Assembly (NCBI GenBank): GCA_963823555.1 | Contig: CAWGMA010000001.1 | Location: 704,001 to 768,000 of the forward strand | DNA length: 64,000 bases | DNA from: Candidatus Eiseniibacteriota bacterium | GTDB taxonomy: Bacteria; Eisenbacteria; RBG-16-71-46; CAVPCR01 | Reading direction: 5' to 3' | Shown here: positions 18,144-27,871 of the stretch, one piece after another | How positions within the stretch are numbered: position 1 is the first letter of the stretch | Layout: the number at the start of each line of letters is the position of its first letter | Made by a program: the position numbers and the translations under genes | Notes under the pieces: model-generated | What the model saw: the letters and a program-made list of their open reading frames with translations, nothing else | The model's database searches: none | Told to the model about the DNA's origin: nothing

Positions 18144-20945
18144 ATGCGGGAGCTTTCCAGGGAGCGCTGGCGCCAGATCGACGATCTGTTCGCAGCAGCA
18201 CTAGACAAGCCACGCGGGGAGCGCCCGGCATTCCTCGCCGCGGCATGTGGCGCGGATGCCGATCTGCGCCGGGAGGTCGAAGCGCTCCTCGAGACCGAAG
18301 TCGAGGCCGCCGAGAAGCTCGGCGACTCGGCGCTCGAGTTCGCCGCGCCCCTTCTTCCGGGCCTCGAGTCCGAACTGCGCGGCCCGAAGGATGCCGGACA
18401 TCAGCCGGGCGAGCTGATCGGCCCCTATCGTCTCCTCGGCACCCTCGGTCACGGGGGGATGGGCACTGTCTATCTCGCTGAGCGCATCGACGGGGAATAT
18501 CACCGGCGCGTGGCGCTCAAGCTGGTTCGGCGCGGCATGGACACGGAGGAGATCCTCCGCCGTTTCCGCTACGAGCGCCAGATCCTCGCCTCGCTCGAGC
18601 ACTCTCACATCGCGCGACTCTACGACGCAGGCGCGACACCTGATGGGCAGCCGTTCCTGGTCATGGAATACGTCGACGGGCAACCGATCGATACGCACTG
18701 CGATGCGCGGCGGCTCACGATCGACGAGCGGCTGGACCTCTTCCGGCAGGTCTGCGAGGCGGTCCATCATGCGCACCGGAACCTCGTCGTACACCGCGAT
18801 CTCAAGCCCTCGAACATCCTCGTCACCGCCGACGGTACGGTCAAGCTCCTCGACTTCGGCATCGCCAAGGTGCTCTCCACCGAGGAGCCCGGACTCACCA
18901 TGACGAGCGCCCGCCTCTGGACTCCAGCCTATGCGAGCCCCGAGCAGGTGCGGGGCGCTGCCATCACCACGGCCACCGATGTCTACTCGCTCGGCGTGCT
19001 GCTCTATGAGCTACTGACCGGAGCCTCACCTTACGGGAACCTGAGCGCAGCCCAGGGCATCGCTATCGATCGCATCCTCGAGACCGAACCTGAGCGCCCG
19101 AGCACGATCGCGGCCGTGTGTTCCGACAAGGCTGCGGCCGCGCGCCGGGTCAGCGGCCGCCACCTCGCGCGCAAGCTGCGCGGCGATCTCGACACGATCG
19201 TGCTCAAGGCCCTGCAGAAGAGCCCGCAGCGACGCTATGCCACGGTGGATCGCCTGGCCGCTGATATCGAGAACTATCGCCGGGGGCTGCCGGTCAGCGC
19301 CCGTCCGGAGACGGTGTACTACCGCCTCGGCAAGTGGGCGGGCCGCCACCGGCTCGCCGTGGTCGCCACCACCCTGGGGCTACTCCTGCTCGCCGGCCTG
19401 AGCGCCTTCACCACGAGCGCGTTCCTGCGCGTCGTGATGTTCGTGCTGCTCGCCGGGGGAGTGGTCCTGGCGGCCGTGCTGTTCGCAGCGGCCGAACGCG
19501 CCCGGCGCGCCGCCAGGCAGTTCCAGGTGCTCGCCGAGGCTCATCGCACCAAGGCCGATCAGGTCAGCGCGTTCCTCAAGGACATGCTGAGCTCGATCCA
19601 TCCGGATCTGGCCCGGGGACAGGACACCTCGCTCCTGCGCGAGCTCCTGCGCCGAGCTTCGCAACGCGTGGAGAGCGAGCTGGCCGACCAGCCGCAGGTC
19701 GCTGCCGAGATCCATCGCACCATCGGCAGCACCTATCTGAGCCTCTCCCTCTTCGATCTGGCCGAGTCGCATCTGCGGGCGGCCGAGTCCTTGCAAGGGG
19801 TGGAGGAGGATCCGGTCGCCTGGTGCGATACGCAGCTCGCGCTCGCGATGCTTCATTTCAGACAGGGAAGGTACGATCGGGCGCAGGCGATCCTCAACGC
19901 GGCGGAAGGCGCAGTTCCCGAGTGGGATCCCGTGCGAAAGACGGAACTACTACGGTACCGCGCCAAGCTCTTCGAAACAGCGGGCAATCCCGAGGGCGCC
20001 GAGGCGGGATTCCGCGAGCTGCTTCAGTTCGTGCTCACGAACTTTCCCTCCGACCACATCGAGGTCGGGCTCGCCTGGCATGCGCTCGGGGCGTTCCTCA
20101 CCTTCTATGCAGGGCGGGAGGAGGGGGAGAGGGCGCTGCGTGCGGCCATCGCCGTTCTGGGACGTCCGCGCTATCGGGGAGGCGCTTCCTACCTCGCCGC
20201 GATGAACGCGCTCGGCACGAACCTGGTGAACGGCAAGCGATACGCCGAAGCGGAGCCCATCTATGTCGAACTCGTGGCATCAGCGAGACGGACCCTTGGC
20301 GATGAGCACGTCGAAATGGGAGCGTATCTCAACGGCTACGCTCGGCTGTGCGAGCTCAAGCGCGAGTTCAGTGCCGCGGAGAAATTCTACAAGGAAGCGC
20401 TCGGGATCAACGAGCGCGCCTTCGGCAGCCACCATCGCGACGTCGGCACCTCCTGGAACAACCTCGCCTTTCTCTACTTGCAGGAAGGGCGCTATGCGGA
20501 GAGCGATCGCTGCTACCGGGCGGCCATCGACATCTATGAAATGGTGCTCGGGAAGGAGCACCCGTGGGTGGCGTTCGCCCGCGAGAACCACGCCTTTGCC
20601 CTGCTCGAGAAGGGTGACCTCGAGGCGGCGGAAGCCAATCTCGGCTGGGCTCTCGGTCTTCCGCGCGAGCGCATCGAACGCATCGCCAACTTCGAGGCCA
20701 TCTGCGAGTGTCTCCTCGGCGCCTGCCGGGCCGAACTCGGGGATGACGCCCAGGCACGTCCGCTTCTCGAGAAGCGCCTTCCTGAGCTTGCCGCGGCCTA
20801 CGGGTCCTCTCATCTGCTGGTGCGAGCGGGCACGCGTCGCCTGGCCGACATCCTCGCCCGCGCCGGGGAAATGGCGGCCGCCGAGCGCCTGCGCGCGGAG
20901 GGGGGTCAGACGGATTCGCCCTTCGCCGCGCCTGCCGGTTCCTGA
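18144..20945 (+). CDS. Hanks-type Ser/Thr protein kinase with transmembrane segments and TPR repeats (partner of the ECF)
   Basis: RW..IDDLF N-terminus, LGHGGMGTVY, VALK, HRDLKPSN, DFG, TPAYASPEQ, DVYSLG, a hydrophobic stretch, then kinesin-light-chain-like TPRs. Confidence 0.93.
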   Translation: MRELSRERWRQIDDLFAAALDKPRGERPAFLAAACGADADLRREVEALLETEVEAAEKLGDSALEFAAPLLPGLESELRGPKDAGHQPGELIGPYRLLGTLGHGGMGTVYLAERIDGEYHRRVALKLVRRGMDTEEILRRFRYERQILASLEHSHIARLYDAGATPDGQPFLVMEYVDGQPIDTHCDARRLTIDERLDLFRQVCEAVHHAHRNLVVHRDLKPSNILVTADGTVKLLDFGIAKVLSTEEPGLTMTSARLWTPAYASPEQVRGAAITTATDVYSLGVLLYELLTGASPYGNLSAAQGIAIDRILETEPERPSTIAAVCSDKAAAARRVSGRHLARKLRGDLDTIVLKALQKSPQRRYATVDRLAADIENYRRGLPVSARPETVYYRLGKWAGRHRLAVVATTLGLLLLAGLSAFTTSAFLRVVMFVLLAGGVVLAAVLFAAAERARRAARQFQVLAEAHRTKADQVSAFLKDMLSSIHPDLARGQDTSLLRELLRRASQRVESELADQPQVAAEIHRTIGSTYLSLSLFDLAESHLRAAESLQGVEEDPVAWCDTQLALAMLHFRQGRYDRAQAILNAAEGAVPEWDPVRKTELLRYRAKLFETAGNPEGAEAGFRELLQFVLTNFPSDHIEVGLAWHALGAFLTFYAGREEGERALRAAIAVLGRPRYRGGASYLAAMNALGTNLVNGKRYAEAEPIYVELVASARRTLGDEHVEMGAYLNGYARLCELKREFSAAEKFYKEALGINERAFGSHHRDVGTSWNNLAFLYLQEGRYAESDRCYRAAIDIYEMVLGKEHPWVAFARENHAFALLEKGDLEAAEANLGWALGLPRERIERIANFEAICECLLGACRAELGDDAQARPLLEKRLPELAAAYGSSHLLVRAGTRRLADILARAGEMAAAERLRAEGGQTDSPFAAPAGS

Positions 20946-20952
20946 GGCTTGC

Positions 20953-20986
20953 TTGGACCGCGACCTGTCCCGCTGCTAGACTCCGC
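20953..20986 (+). promoter_or_regulatory. Putative housekeeping promoter of hutH
   Basis: TTGGAC-N18-TAGACT with extended TG; CTGCTAGACTCCGC is identical to the dinG promoter region. Confidence 0.5.
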
Positions 20987-21029
20987 GCCACGCTTCGAAG
21001 CGAAATCCAACGCCTACGGAGGGCGGCCG

Positions 21030-22583
21030 ATGGCTCGCCGTCAAGTCCCACGCTCACGCCGGGTCGTCATCGACGGCCGATCGCTCAAGCTCGAGGATGT
21101 CCTCTTCGTGGCTGGCGGTCGGGCGCGGTTGGCGCTCTCGCCACGAGCCCGGGTCGCGATGCGCCGCTCACGCCACCTCGTGGAAGCTGTTCTCGCCGGC
21201 AATCGTCCCGTCTACGGAGTCAACACCGGGTTCGGAGCCCTGGCGCGGGTGGTGATCCCGCCGCGGGAACGTGCGGAGCTGCAGCTCAATCTTCTCCGCA
21301 GTCACGCCGCAGGCGTGGGAGAGGCGCTACCGCCGGTCGTGGTGCGGGCGGCGATGCTCCTGCGGGCCAACTCGCTGGCTGCCGGGCACTCGGGTGTCCG
21401 CCCGGTCGTGGTCGAGCGGCTCATCGCCCTCCTGAATCGCGGTGTGACGCCGGTGGTCCCGGCCCAGGGCTCGGTCGGGGCGTCCGGCGATCTGGCCCCG
21501 CTCGCGCATCTTGCGCTCGTGCTCGTGGGCGAGGGCGAAGCCTGGGTGGTAGGAGAACGGCTCGATGGAGCCACGGCTCTCGCTCGCTCGCGAATCGCCC
21601 CGCTCCGGCTCCAGGCCAAGGAAGGCCTCGCTCTCGTGAACGGCACGCAGATCATGACCGCGATCGGCATCCTCGGACTCGCCGAGGCGCGGGCGGTGCT
21701 CGGGGCGGCGGAGGTGGCGGCCGCGATGTCGATCGAGGCCCTCCTCGGGAGCCATGCGCCGTTCGATCTCCGCCTCGCGCGGGCGCGTCCTCATCCCGGC
21801 CACGAGCGCGTGGCGCGGCGGATGCGCCGGCTTCTCCGTCCATCGGCCATCAACCGATCACACCAAGACTGCGGTGTGGTCCAGGATTCGTACAGCCTGC
21901 GCTGCGTGCCGCAGGTGCTCGGCGCCTCGTGGGACGCGCTCGAGCACGTGGCTCGAGTGCTCGCCGTCGAGATCAACGCGGTCACCGATAATCCACTCTG
22001 CTTCCCCGAGTCGGGAGCTGTGATCTCCGGCGGGAACTTCCACGGGCAGCCGGTCGCGCTCGCCCTCGACTACCTGGCGATCGCTCTGGCCGAGGCCGGT
22101 TCCATCTCCGAGCGGCGAACCTTCAAGATGCTCGACGCCGCCCGATCCGGGCTACCGCCCTTTCTCACCAAGCGCGCAGGGACGCAGTCCGGGCTCATGG
22201 TGACCCAGTACACGGCGGCGGCGCTCGTCTCGGAGAACAAGGTCCTGTGCCATCCGGCGAGCGTCGATTCGATCCCCACCTGCGCCGATATCGAGGACCA
22301 CGTATCGATGGGCCCGATCGCGGCGCGCAAGGCGAGAGCCGTGGTGCGGAACGTGGCGCGGGTGATCGCAATCGAACTCCTTGCCGCCGCCCAGGCGCTC
22401 GAGTTCCGCCGCCCGCTGACCGCTGGACCGGGCGTCGAGGCAGCCCATGCGTGGGTGCGCTCCCGCGTGGCGACCGTGAAGAGCGATCGGGCGCTCAGCC
22501 GCGACATCGAGATCCTGGCGCGCGATGTGCTCGGTGGAGCCTTCGCGCCGCCGTTCCCCAGGCAGAGGTCAGCGCAACGCTGA
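21030..22583 (+). CDS. hutH: Histidine ammonia-lyase
   Basis: VYGVNTGFG, NLLRSHAAGVG, MIO motif GSVGASGDLAPLAH, KEGLALVNGT, QDSYSLRC, GGNFHGQP and EDHVSMG. Confidence 0.95.
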   Translation: MARRQVPRSRRVVIDGRSLKLEDVLFVAGGRARLALSPRARVAMRRSRHLVEAVLAGNRPVYGVNTGFGALARVVIPPRERAELQLNLLRSHAAGVGEALPPVVVRAAMLLRANSLAAGHSGVRPVVVERLIALLNRGVTPVVPAQGSVGASGDLAPLAHLALVLVGEGEAWVVGERLDGATALARSRIAPLRLQAKEGLALVNGTQIMTAIGILGLAEARAVLGAAEVAAAMSIEALLGSHAPFDLRLARARPHPGHERVARRMRRLLRPSAINRSHQDCGVVQDSYSLRCVPQVLGASWDALEHVARVLAVEINAVTDNPLCFPESGAVISGGNFHGQPVALALDYLAIALAEAGSISERRTFKMLDAARSGLPPFLTKRAGTQSGLMVTQYTAAALVSENKVLCHPASVDSIPTCADIEDHVSMGPIAARKARAVVRNVARVIAIELLAAAQALEFRRPLTAGPGVEAAHAWVRSRVATVKSDRALSRDIEILARDVLGGAFAPPFPRQRSAQR

Positions 22584-22590
22584 TGCAACG

Positions 22591-24900
22591 ATGGCGTTGA
22601 CCCCCGGCACCCGCTTCGGATCCTACGAGATCGTCGCGCTCCTCGGTGCCGGCGGCATGGGCGAGGTCTATCGTGCGCACGACCGGCGTCTTGGACGTGA
22701 CGTCGCGTTGAAGCTCATCCCCGAAGCCTATGCTCGCGATGCCGCCCGCCTCGCGCGGTTGGAACAGGAGGCGCGCGCTGTCGCCGCGCTCAATCATCCG
22801 AACATCGTCATCCTGCACTCGATCGAGGAGAGCGAGGGGCTCCGCTTCCTGACCATGGAGTACGTCGAGGGCGAAGACCTCGCCCGGCTCGTGTCGCCGG
22901 GCGGGATGGTGCTCGGCAGGCTCATCGCGATCGGTACGGCCATCGCTGACGCCCTCGGCGCCGCACACGCGAAGGGCATCGTGCACCGCGACTTGAAGCC
23001 AGCCAATGTGATGGTGACCCGCGATGGACGGGTCAAGGTGCTCGACTTCGGGGTGGCAAAGCTCCTTACCCCCCCGGATCTCGAGTCGACCGTGGCGTCG
23101 CGGGCAATGCAGGTGACGCCCATGACCGGTGCCGGCGGCATGCTGGGCACGGTGCCCTACATGTCACCCGAGCAACTGGGTGCCGATCCCGTGGACGGGA
23201 GGTCCGATCTCTTCGCGCTGGGGATCCTCCTCTACGAGCTTGCCGCCGGAAGGCATCCATTCGCGGGAAAGAGCCTGTCGGAGGTGAGCGCCGCCATTCT
23301 GCGGGATACGCCGCCCTCCTTGACGGCGCATCGCCCCGATCTGCCACCGGACCTGAGCCGCATCGTGCGCCGCTGCCTGGAGAAGGAACCGCAAGCCCGC
23401 TATCAGGCTGCGCGGGAGGTGGTTACAGATCTCGAATCGCTCCGTGGTGGACCTGAGCGGATCGTCCGCGGCGCGGCGATCTCGACGCCGTTCGCTGCCA
23501 GCGCACCCTCGGTCGCCGTTCTGCCTTTCGTGAACCTGAGCCCGGATCCGGAGAACGAGTACTTCGCGGATGGCTTGAGCGAGGAGCTCCTGAACGTCCT
23601 GACCAAGATCCGCGGCCTGCGCGTGGCCTCGCGCACCTCGGCCTTCAGCTTCAAGGGCAAGGGGATGGATCTCCCGACCGTGGCCGAGAAGCTCAAGGTG
23701 GCAACGATCCTCGAGGGCAGCGTGCGCAAGGCAGGGACGAGGGTGCGCATCACGGCGCAGCTCATCCACGTCGCCACCGATTCGCATCTCTGGTCGGAGA
23801 CGTACGACCGCGAGCTCGATGACATCTTCGCCGTGCAGGACGATATCGCCCACTCGGTGGTGAAGGAACTCCGGGCAGCGCTCCTGGGGGAGGTTCCCGA
23901 CACGGCGACCCGGGCCGATCTCAAGGCGGAGCTGGCCATGGCCGCCAGGGGCCGGAGTGCGAATGCCGAGGCCTACCGTCTCTACCTCGAGGGGCGGTTC
24001 TTCGTGGATCGCCACAGTCGCGAGGATTTGACGCGCGGTATCGCGTGTCTGCGGCGCGCCCTGGAGATCGCGCCCGACTATGCGATGGCCTGGGCGTTGC
24101 TGTCACGAGCCCACTCGCTCGAATCGGGTTGGGCCTGGGTGCCGGTCACTGAAGGCTATGATCGGGCGCGAAGGGCGGCGGAACGGGCGCTCGCCCTCGA
24201 GCCGGACCTCCCCGAGGCGCACGTGGCGCTCGGTGGCGTGCGCATGGTTCATGACTGGGATTGGAAACGCGCGGCGGAGTCCATCGCTCGCGCGCTCGAA
24301 CTGGCTCCGGGGAATGCGGATGTCGTCCGTGCCGCCGCGATCCTCGCCGGCGTTCGCGGCCGGCTCGAGGAAGCCATCATGCTCGATCGTCAAGCGGTCG
24401 AGCTCGACCCGGTGAGCGTGCCTCCGCTCCGGAACCTGGCCGTGCACTGTCTCGCGGCCGGCCGGTTCGGCGAAGCGGAGGAAGCGATCCACAAGCTCCT
24501 CGAGCGGAATCCGCAGAGCAACTACTCGCACTATCTCCTCGGGTTCGTTCACCTGGCGCGGGGGCGTGCCGAGGAGGCGCTCGGTGAATTCCGGCGCGAG
24601 CCGGGCGAGGCCGCTCGCCTCCAGGGGATCGCTCTAGCCCACCACGCGGCCGGACGGGCGGCGGAGTCCGATGCGGCGCTCAGCGAAGTCATTGCCCAGT
24701 GGGGTGGAGACAGCGCGTATCAGATCGCACAGGTGTTCGCCTTCCGCGGCGACGCCGATCAGGCCTTTGCCTGGCTCGATCGTGGCTACGCAAGTCGAGA
24801 CCCGGGCCTCTCCGACATGAAGACCGACCGGCTGCTCGCCCATCTGCATCGCGATCCGCGCTGGGGCGAGTTCCTGGAGAAGATGGGACTCGCTGGCTGA
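22591..24900 (+). CDS. Ser/Thr protein kinase with TolB-like and TPR domains
   Basis: LGAGGMGEVY, HRDLKPAN, DFG, GTVPYMSPEQ, SVAVLPFVNLSPDPENEYFADG, then TPRs. Confidence 0.93.
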   Translation: MALTPGTRFGSYEIVALLGAGGMGEVYRAHDRRLGRDVALKLIPEAYARDAARLARLEQEARAVAALNHPNIVILHSIEESEGLRFLTMEYVEGEDLARLVSPGGMVLGRLIAIGTAIADALGAAHAKGIVHRDLKPANVMVTRDGRVKVLDFGVAKLLTPPDLESTVASRAMQVTPMTGAGGMLGTVPYMSPEQLGADPVDGRSDLFALGILLYELAAGRHPFAGKSLSEVSAAILRDTPPSLTAHRPDLPPDLSRIVRRCLEKEPQARYQAAREVVTDLESLRGGPERIVRGAAISTPFAASAPSVAVLPFVNLSPDPENEYFADGLSEELLNVLTKIRGLRVASRTSAFSFKGKGMDLPTVAEKLKVATILEGSVRKAGTRVRITAQLIHVATDSHLWSETYDRELDDIFAVQDDIAHSVVKELRAALLGEVPDTATRADLKAELAMAARGRSANAEAYRLYLEGRFFVDRHSREDLTRGIACLRRALEIAPDYAMAWALLSRAHSLESGWAWVPVTEGYDRARRAAERALALEPDLPEAHVALGGVRMVHDWDWKRAAESIARALELAPGNADVVRAAAILAGVRGRLEEAIMLDRQAVELDPVSVPPLRNLAVHCLAAGRFGEAEEAIHKLLERNPQSNYSHYLLGFVHLARGRAEEALGEFRREPGEAARLQGIALAHHAAGRAAESDAALSEVIAQWGGDSAYQIAQVFAFRGDADQAFAWLDRGYASRDPGLSDMKTDRLLAHLHRDPRWGEFLEKMGLAG

Positions 24901-25108
24901 GTCGACCCGCGGGGCTGCGAGCGTGGGCTGCGTCCTTGCATTGAGGGCGTCGATGTGGGCAGACTGGGCTGGTCCCGCGGCGCTCAGGCAAACTCGGCCT
25001 CGGTCCCGGCGGGAGGCAGAGTCGCCCTGGTCCCGGCCGACATCGTCTCCCGTCCACTGGCGCCGGGCGCGCACCAACCGACTTTCTCATGTCACAGGAG
25101 GATTTGTC

Positions 25109-25459
25109 ATGGGTTCGAATGTCATGCTGTTCGGGTGGAATCGTTCCATTCCTGGACGGGAGAAGCTGAGCGGTGACCACTTCCAGGATTTCGTGCAGTA
25201 CATGGACGGATTGCAGAAGGGCGGCAAGCTGCAGGGGGTCGACGTCGTCTTCCTGAATCCGCATGGCGGGGATCTGAATGGGTTCTTCCTCATCCGTGGC
25301 GAACCCGCTCAGCTCGAGGCCCTGGTCGCGAGCAAGGAGTGGGTCGCCCATATGATGCGGGCAGGCATGCATCTACAGGCCTCAGGCGCGGTCCTCGGGG
25401 TCACCGGGAAGATGGCCATGGAGCGCATGGAAATGTGGAAGCAGTTGATCCCGAAGTAG
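25109..25459 (+). CDS. Hypothetical protein (116 aa)
   Basis: AGGAGG RBS; MGSNVMLFGWNRSIPGREK...LNPHGGDLNGFFLIRG; typical codon usage. Confidence 0.75.
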   Translation: MGSNVMLFGWNRSIPGREKLSGDHFQDFVQYMDGLQKGGKLQGVDVVFLNPHGGDLNGFFLIRGEPAQLEALVASKEWVAHMMRAGMHLQASGAVLGVTGKMAMERMEMWKQLIPK

Positions 25460-25515
25460 TGTTGGTTGCTCTCGATGGTCCTTGTAGGTTGGGGCCCGAT
25501 CACCGTTGCAGGGAG

Positions 25516-25541
25516 CGGGCAGCCCGTGCACGGGCTGCCCG
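25516..25541. repeat. 26-bp perfect palindrome between convergent genes (REP-like or bidirectional terminator)
   Basis: CGGGCAGCCCGTGCACGGGCTGCCCG equals its own reverse complement. Confidence 0.7.
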
Positions 25542-25551
25542 TGCGCGCATC

Positions 25552-26304
25552 TCAGTGAGCGTGGCGAAGGAGAGCGATCGTGGCGATGCCGGCGAGAAGC
25601 AGCAGGAGCTGGCGCAGCGCTACTCCGGGTCGCACCTGCCGGTTGAGCCCGGGGATCAGGTCGGCGGCGGCGATGTAGATGAAGCTCGCCGCGGCAAGCG
25701 CCAGGACATAGGCAACGACCCCGCGCGCGGCGACCAGCCAGAAATGGGCCGCGATGGCACCCGGGATCGTGGTCGCCGCTGACAGCAGGTTGAGCCAGAG
25801 CGCCCGGCCGCGCGCCATTCCGCTGTCGAGGAGGATGGCGAAGTCCCCGACCTCCTGCGGCAGCTCATGGGCGATGACGGCAAGAGCCGTGGCCACACCG
25901 AGCGGGATCGAGGTGTGGAAAGCGGTGGCGATCACCACCCCATCGACGAGATTGTGCAGACCATCGCCCACCAGGATGAGGGGCACGGCGCGACTGTGCA
26001 CGTCGCACTCCGCCTCGTGGCAGTGTCGCCAGAGCACGACCTTCTCGAGGATGAAGAAGAGCACGAAGCCGGCGAGGACGCTGGCGGTGACGGTGACGGC
26101 CGGCGCGTGCTCGAGGGCGGCGGGAATCATGCCGAGAAGGGCCGCGGCCAGGAGCGTGCCCGTGGCGTAGCTCACAAAGCAGGGGACGAGGACGCGGCGG
26201 ACTCCGGCCGGGAAGGCGAGCATCAGGGCGGCTCCAGCCAGGGCACCGATGCTGCCCAGCAGGCTGAAGATGACGATCCACGGCAACAGGTCTGAAGTCG
26301 GCAT
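25552..26304 (-). CDS. ZIP family divalent metal transporter
   Basis: WRHCH loop, GDGLHNLVDG, AHELPQEVGDF, FIYIAAADLIP and multiple TM helices. Confidence 0.92.
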   Translation of the reverse strand: MPTSDLLPWIVIFSLLGSIGALAGAALMLAFPAGVRRVLVPCFVSYATGTLLAAALLGMIPAALEHAPAVTVTASVLAGFVLFFILEKVVLWRHCHEAECDVHSRAVPLILVGDGLHNLVDGVVIATAFHTSIPLGVATALAVIAHELPQEVGDFAILLDSGMARGRALWLNLLSAATTIPGAIAAHFWLVAARGVVAYVLALAAASFIYIAAADLIPGLNRQVRPGVALRQLLLLLAGIATIALLRHAH

Positions 26305-26339
26305 GTGCTCTCCGCCTCTTCGCGTCGAGCCTCAGTGCA

Positions 26340-26843
26340 TCATCGTCGCGCCTCGTCAGTCGACTCGATCGAACTCCGCCCGTGAAACACCGCCTCCGCG
26401 CTCGCGCGGACCTCGCCATGCTGACTGACCTCGGCGTGAACCCGGTACCAGGGCGGCCGGGAGTGAATCACCTCAGCGTGTACGGTCGCCGGGATTCCGA
26501 TCTTCACCGCTTGCCGGAATCGCAGCTCCATCTTCACCGTGTACGCCTGGAGGCCCCGGCTGAACAGGCAATGCGTCATGGCCGCATCCAGTAGCGTGGC
26601 GATGATTCCGCCGTGCAGACGATCGGGATACCCCTGGTAGTGCGGGTCGCTGTCGAAGCGAGCACTGACGCCGCCACCGTTCTCGTAAGCGAACTCGAGG
26701 CCGAGCCCCCCCTCGCGCCGCGGCCGGCAGCCGATGCAGGCGGGATGGCAGGTGGCGCGCAAACGCCACATGGCCAGGGCTGCCCTCCCCGGCTTGTCCA
26801 GTGCAAGAGTGGCCGACGGCGATTCATCTTGTCGAGTGTTCAC
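26340..26843 (-). CDS. PaaI-type hotdog-fold thioesterase
   Basis: CHPACIGC...GLGLEF, YQGYPDRLHGGIIATLLDAAM; GGAGGAGG RBS before GTG 26843. Confidence 0.8.
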   Translation of the reverse strand: MNTRQDESPSATLALDKPGRAALAMWRLRATCHPACIGCRPRREGGLGLEFAYENGGGVSARFDSDPHYQGYPDRLHGGIIATLLDAAMTHCLFSRGLQAYTVKMELRFRQAVKIGIPATVHAEVIHSRPPWYRVHAEVSQHGEVRASAEAVFHGRSSIESTDEARR

Positions 26844-26878
26844 CGGCGATCCTCCTCCACCTGGTGGCGGCGGTTGCT

Positions 26879-27271
26879 TCATGAATGATGGCCGCAGCCC
26901 GTTCCTGCCACGCGGGGCAGGAGTCCCTTCGCGAAGAGCCTGGCCGCATCGCCGGCGCGATCGACGGAGCAGACATAGGGTTCGATTCCGCGAGCGTTCA
27001 GATCCCGGACCAGGCGCGGTCCCAGGGCGCGGGTGATCAGCACCTGACAATCAGACAGGGCCGCGGTCAGCCCGTCATGAGAGTGATGTTCGCCCCGGTG
27101 CACAGGCGCTGTTCCATCGCATTCCCCGAGCGCGTGTGCCGTGAAGGTGTTCGGTCGTTCCTCGACTGCACGTACGGTCTCACCATCGATGTCGAAGATC
27201 AAGATCCCCCGGCAACGGCCGGTATGGGTGGCGACATGCTCGCCGTCGTCGCTTGCTACCGCAATCCTCAT
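26879..27271 (-). CDS. NifB/NifX-family (dinitrogenase FeMo-cofactor-like) metal-binding protein
   Basis: MRIAVASDDG..VATHTGRC..ILIFD, His-rich loop, DCQVLIT.ALG and a C-terminal GCGHH. Confidence 0.82.
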   Translation of the reverse strand: MRIAVASDDGEHVATHTGRCRGILIFDIDGETVRAVEERPNTFTAHALGECDGTAPVHRGEHHSHDGLTAALSDCQVLITRALGPRLVRDLNARGIEPYVCSVDRAGDAARLFAKGLLPRVAGTGCGHHS

Positions 27272-27315
27272 GATCGTCCCTCCTTGATGACCCGATCCGG
27301 CGGTTCGTTCTGGAA

Positions 27316-27347
27316 ATGAGCATATGACCACAATGGCCAGGGGTCAA
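27316..27347 (-). promoter_or_regulatory. Promoter of the NifX-like gene, overlapped by a CATATG-centred imperfect palindrome
   Basis: Minus strand TTGACC-N17-TATGCT; TGAGCATATGACCA overlaps the -10. Confidence 0.5.
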
Positions 27348-27485
27348 GCGCCTTGGCGGAGCGGGTTCCGGAGGTCGTCTGTTATGCTCCGTGGTCGTGG
27401 CTCGAGCCGGTCCCCCGGCGTGGGTCCCGAAGGACTTGCGGGGCATCGACTTGGCCATCAGGGTGCGGGGCGAGAGGGAGCCGCC

Positions 27486-27866
27486 ATGCTGATCCGAATG
27501 CTCTTGATCGGTGCCGGCGGGTTCGCCGGGGCCATCCTCCGCTACGGAATGGCCGGCGCGGTGCAGAGGCTCTTCCCGGCAACCACGTTCCCCTGGGGGA
27601 CGCTCGCCGTGAATCTCCTGGGATGCCTCGTGATCGGTGTCGCGACCGGACTCGCGGACTCGAGACAGGTCTTGACCGCCGAGGCCCGGATGTTCCTCCT
27701 GATCGGCGTGCTCGGCGCGTTCACGACATACTCGACGTTCGGGTACGAGACCTTCGCCCTGCTGCGTGATGCCGAACACATGCGAGCTCTTCTCAACGTG
27801 CTGGCCCACGTGCTCGTCGGTCTCGCCTGCGTCTGGCTCGGGTATGTCCTCGCGGCGTGGGGGTAG
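27486..27866 (+). CDS. crcB: Fluoride efflux channel CrcB/FluC
   Basis: IGAGGFAGAILRY, FPWGTLAVNLLGC and GVLGAFTTYSTFGYE. Confidence 0.95.
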   Translation: MLIRMLLIGAGGFAGAILRYGMAGAVQRLFPATTFPWGTLAVNLLGCLVIGVATGLADSRQVLTAEARMFLLIGVLGAFTTYSTFGYETFALLRDAEHMRALLNVLAHVLVGLACVWLGYVLAAWG

Positions 27867-27871
27867 CAGGG

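Noticed and set aside
26879..27271. Nitrogen fixation inferred from the NifX-like gene
   Set aside because: Standalone NifB/NifX-family proteins are common in non-diazotrophs, and there is no nifHDK here.
27272..27485. Fluoride riboswitch expected upstream of crcB
   Set aside because: No GGCGATG...TCGCC...GCTGATGAC-type pattern is visible in this leader.
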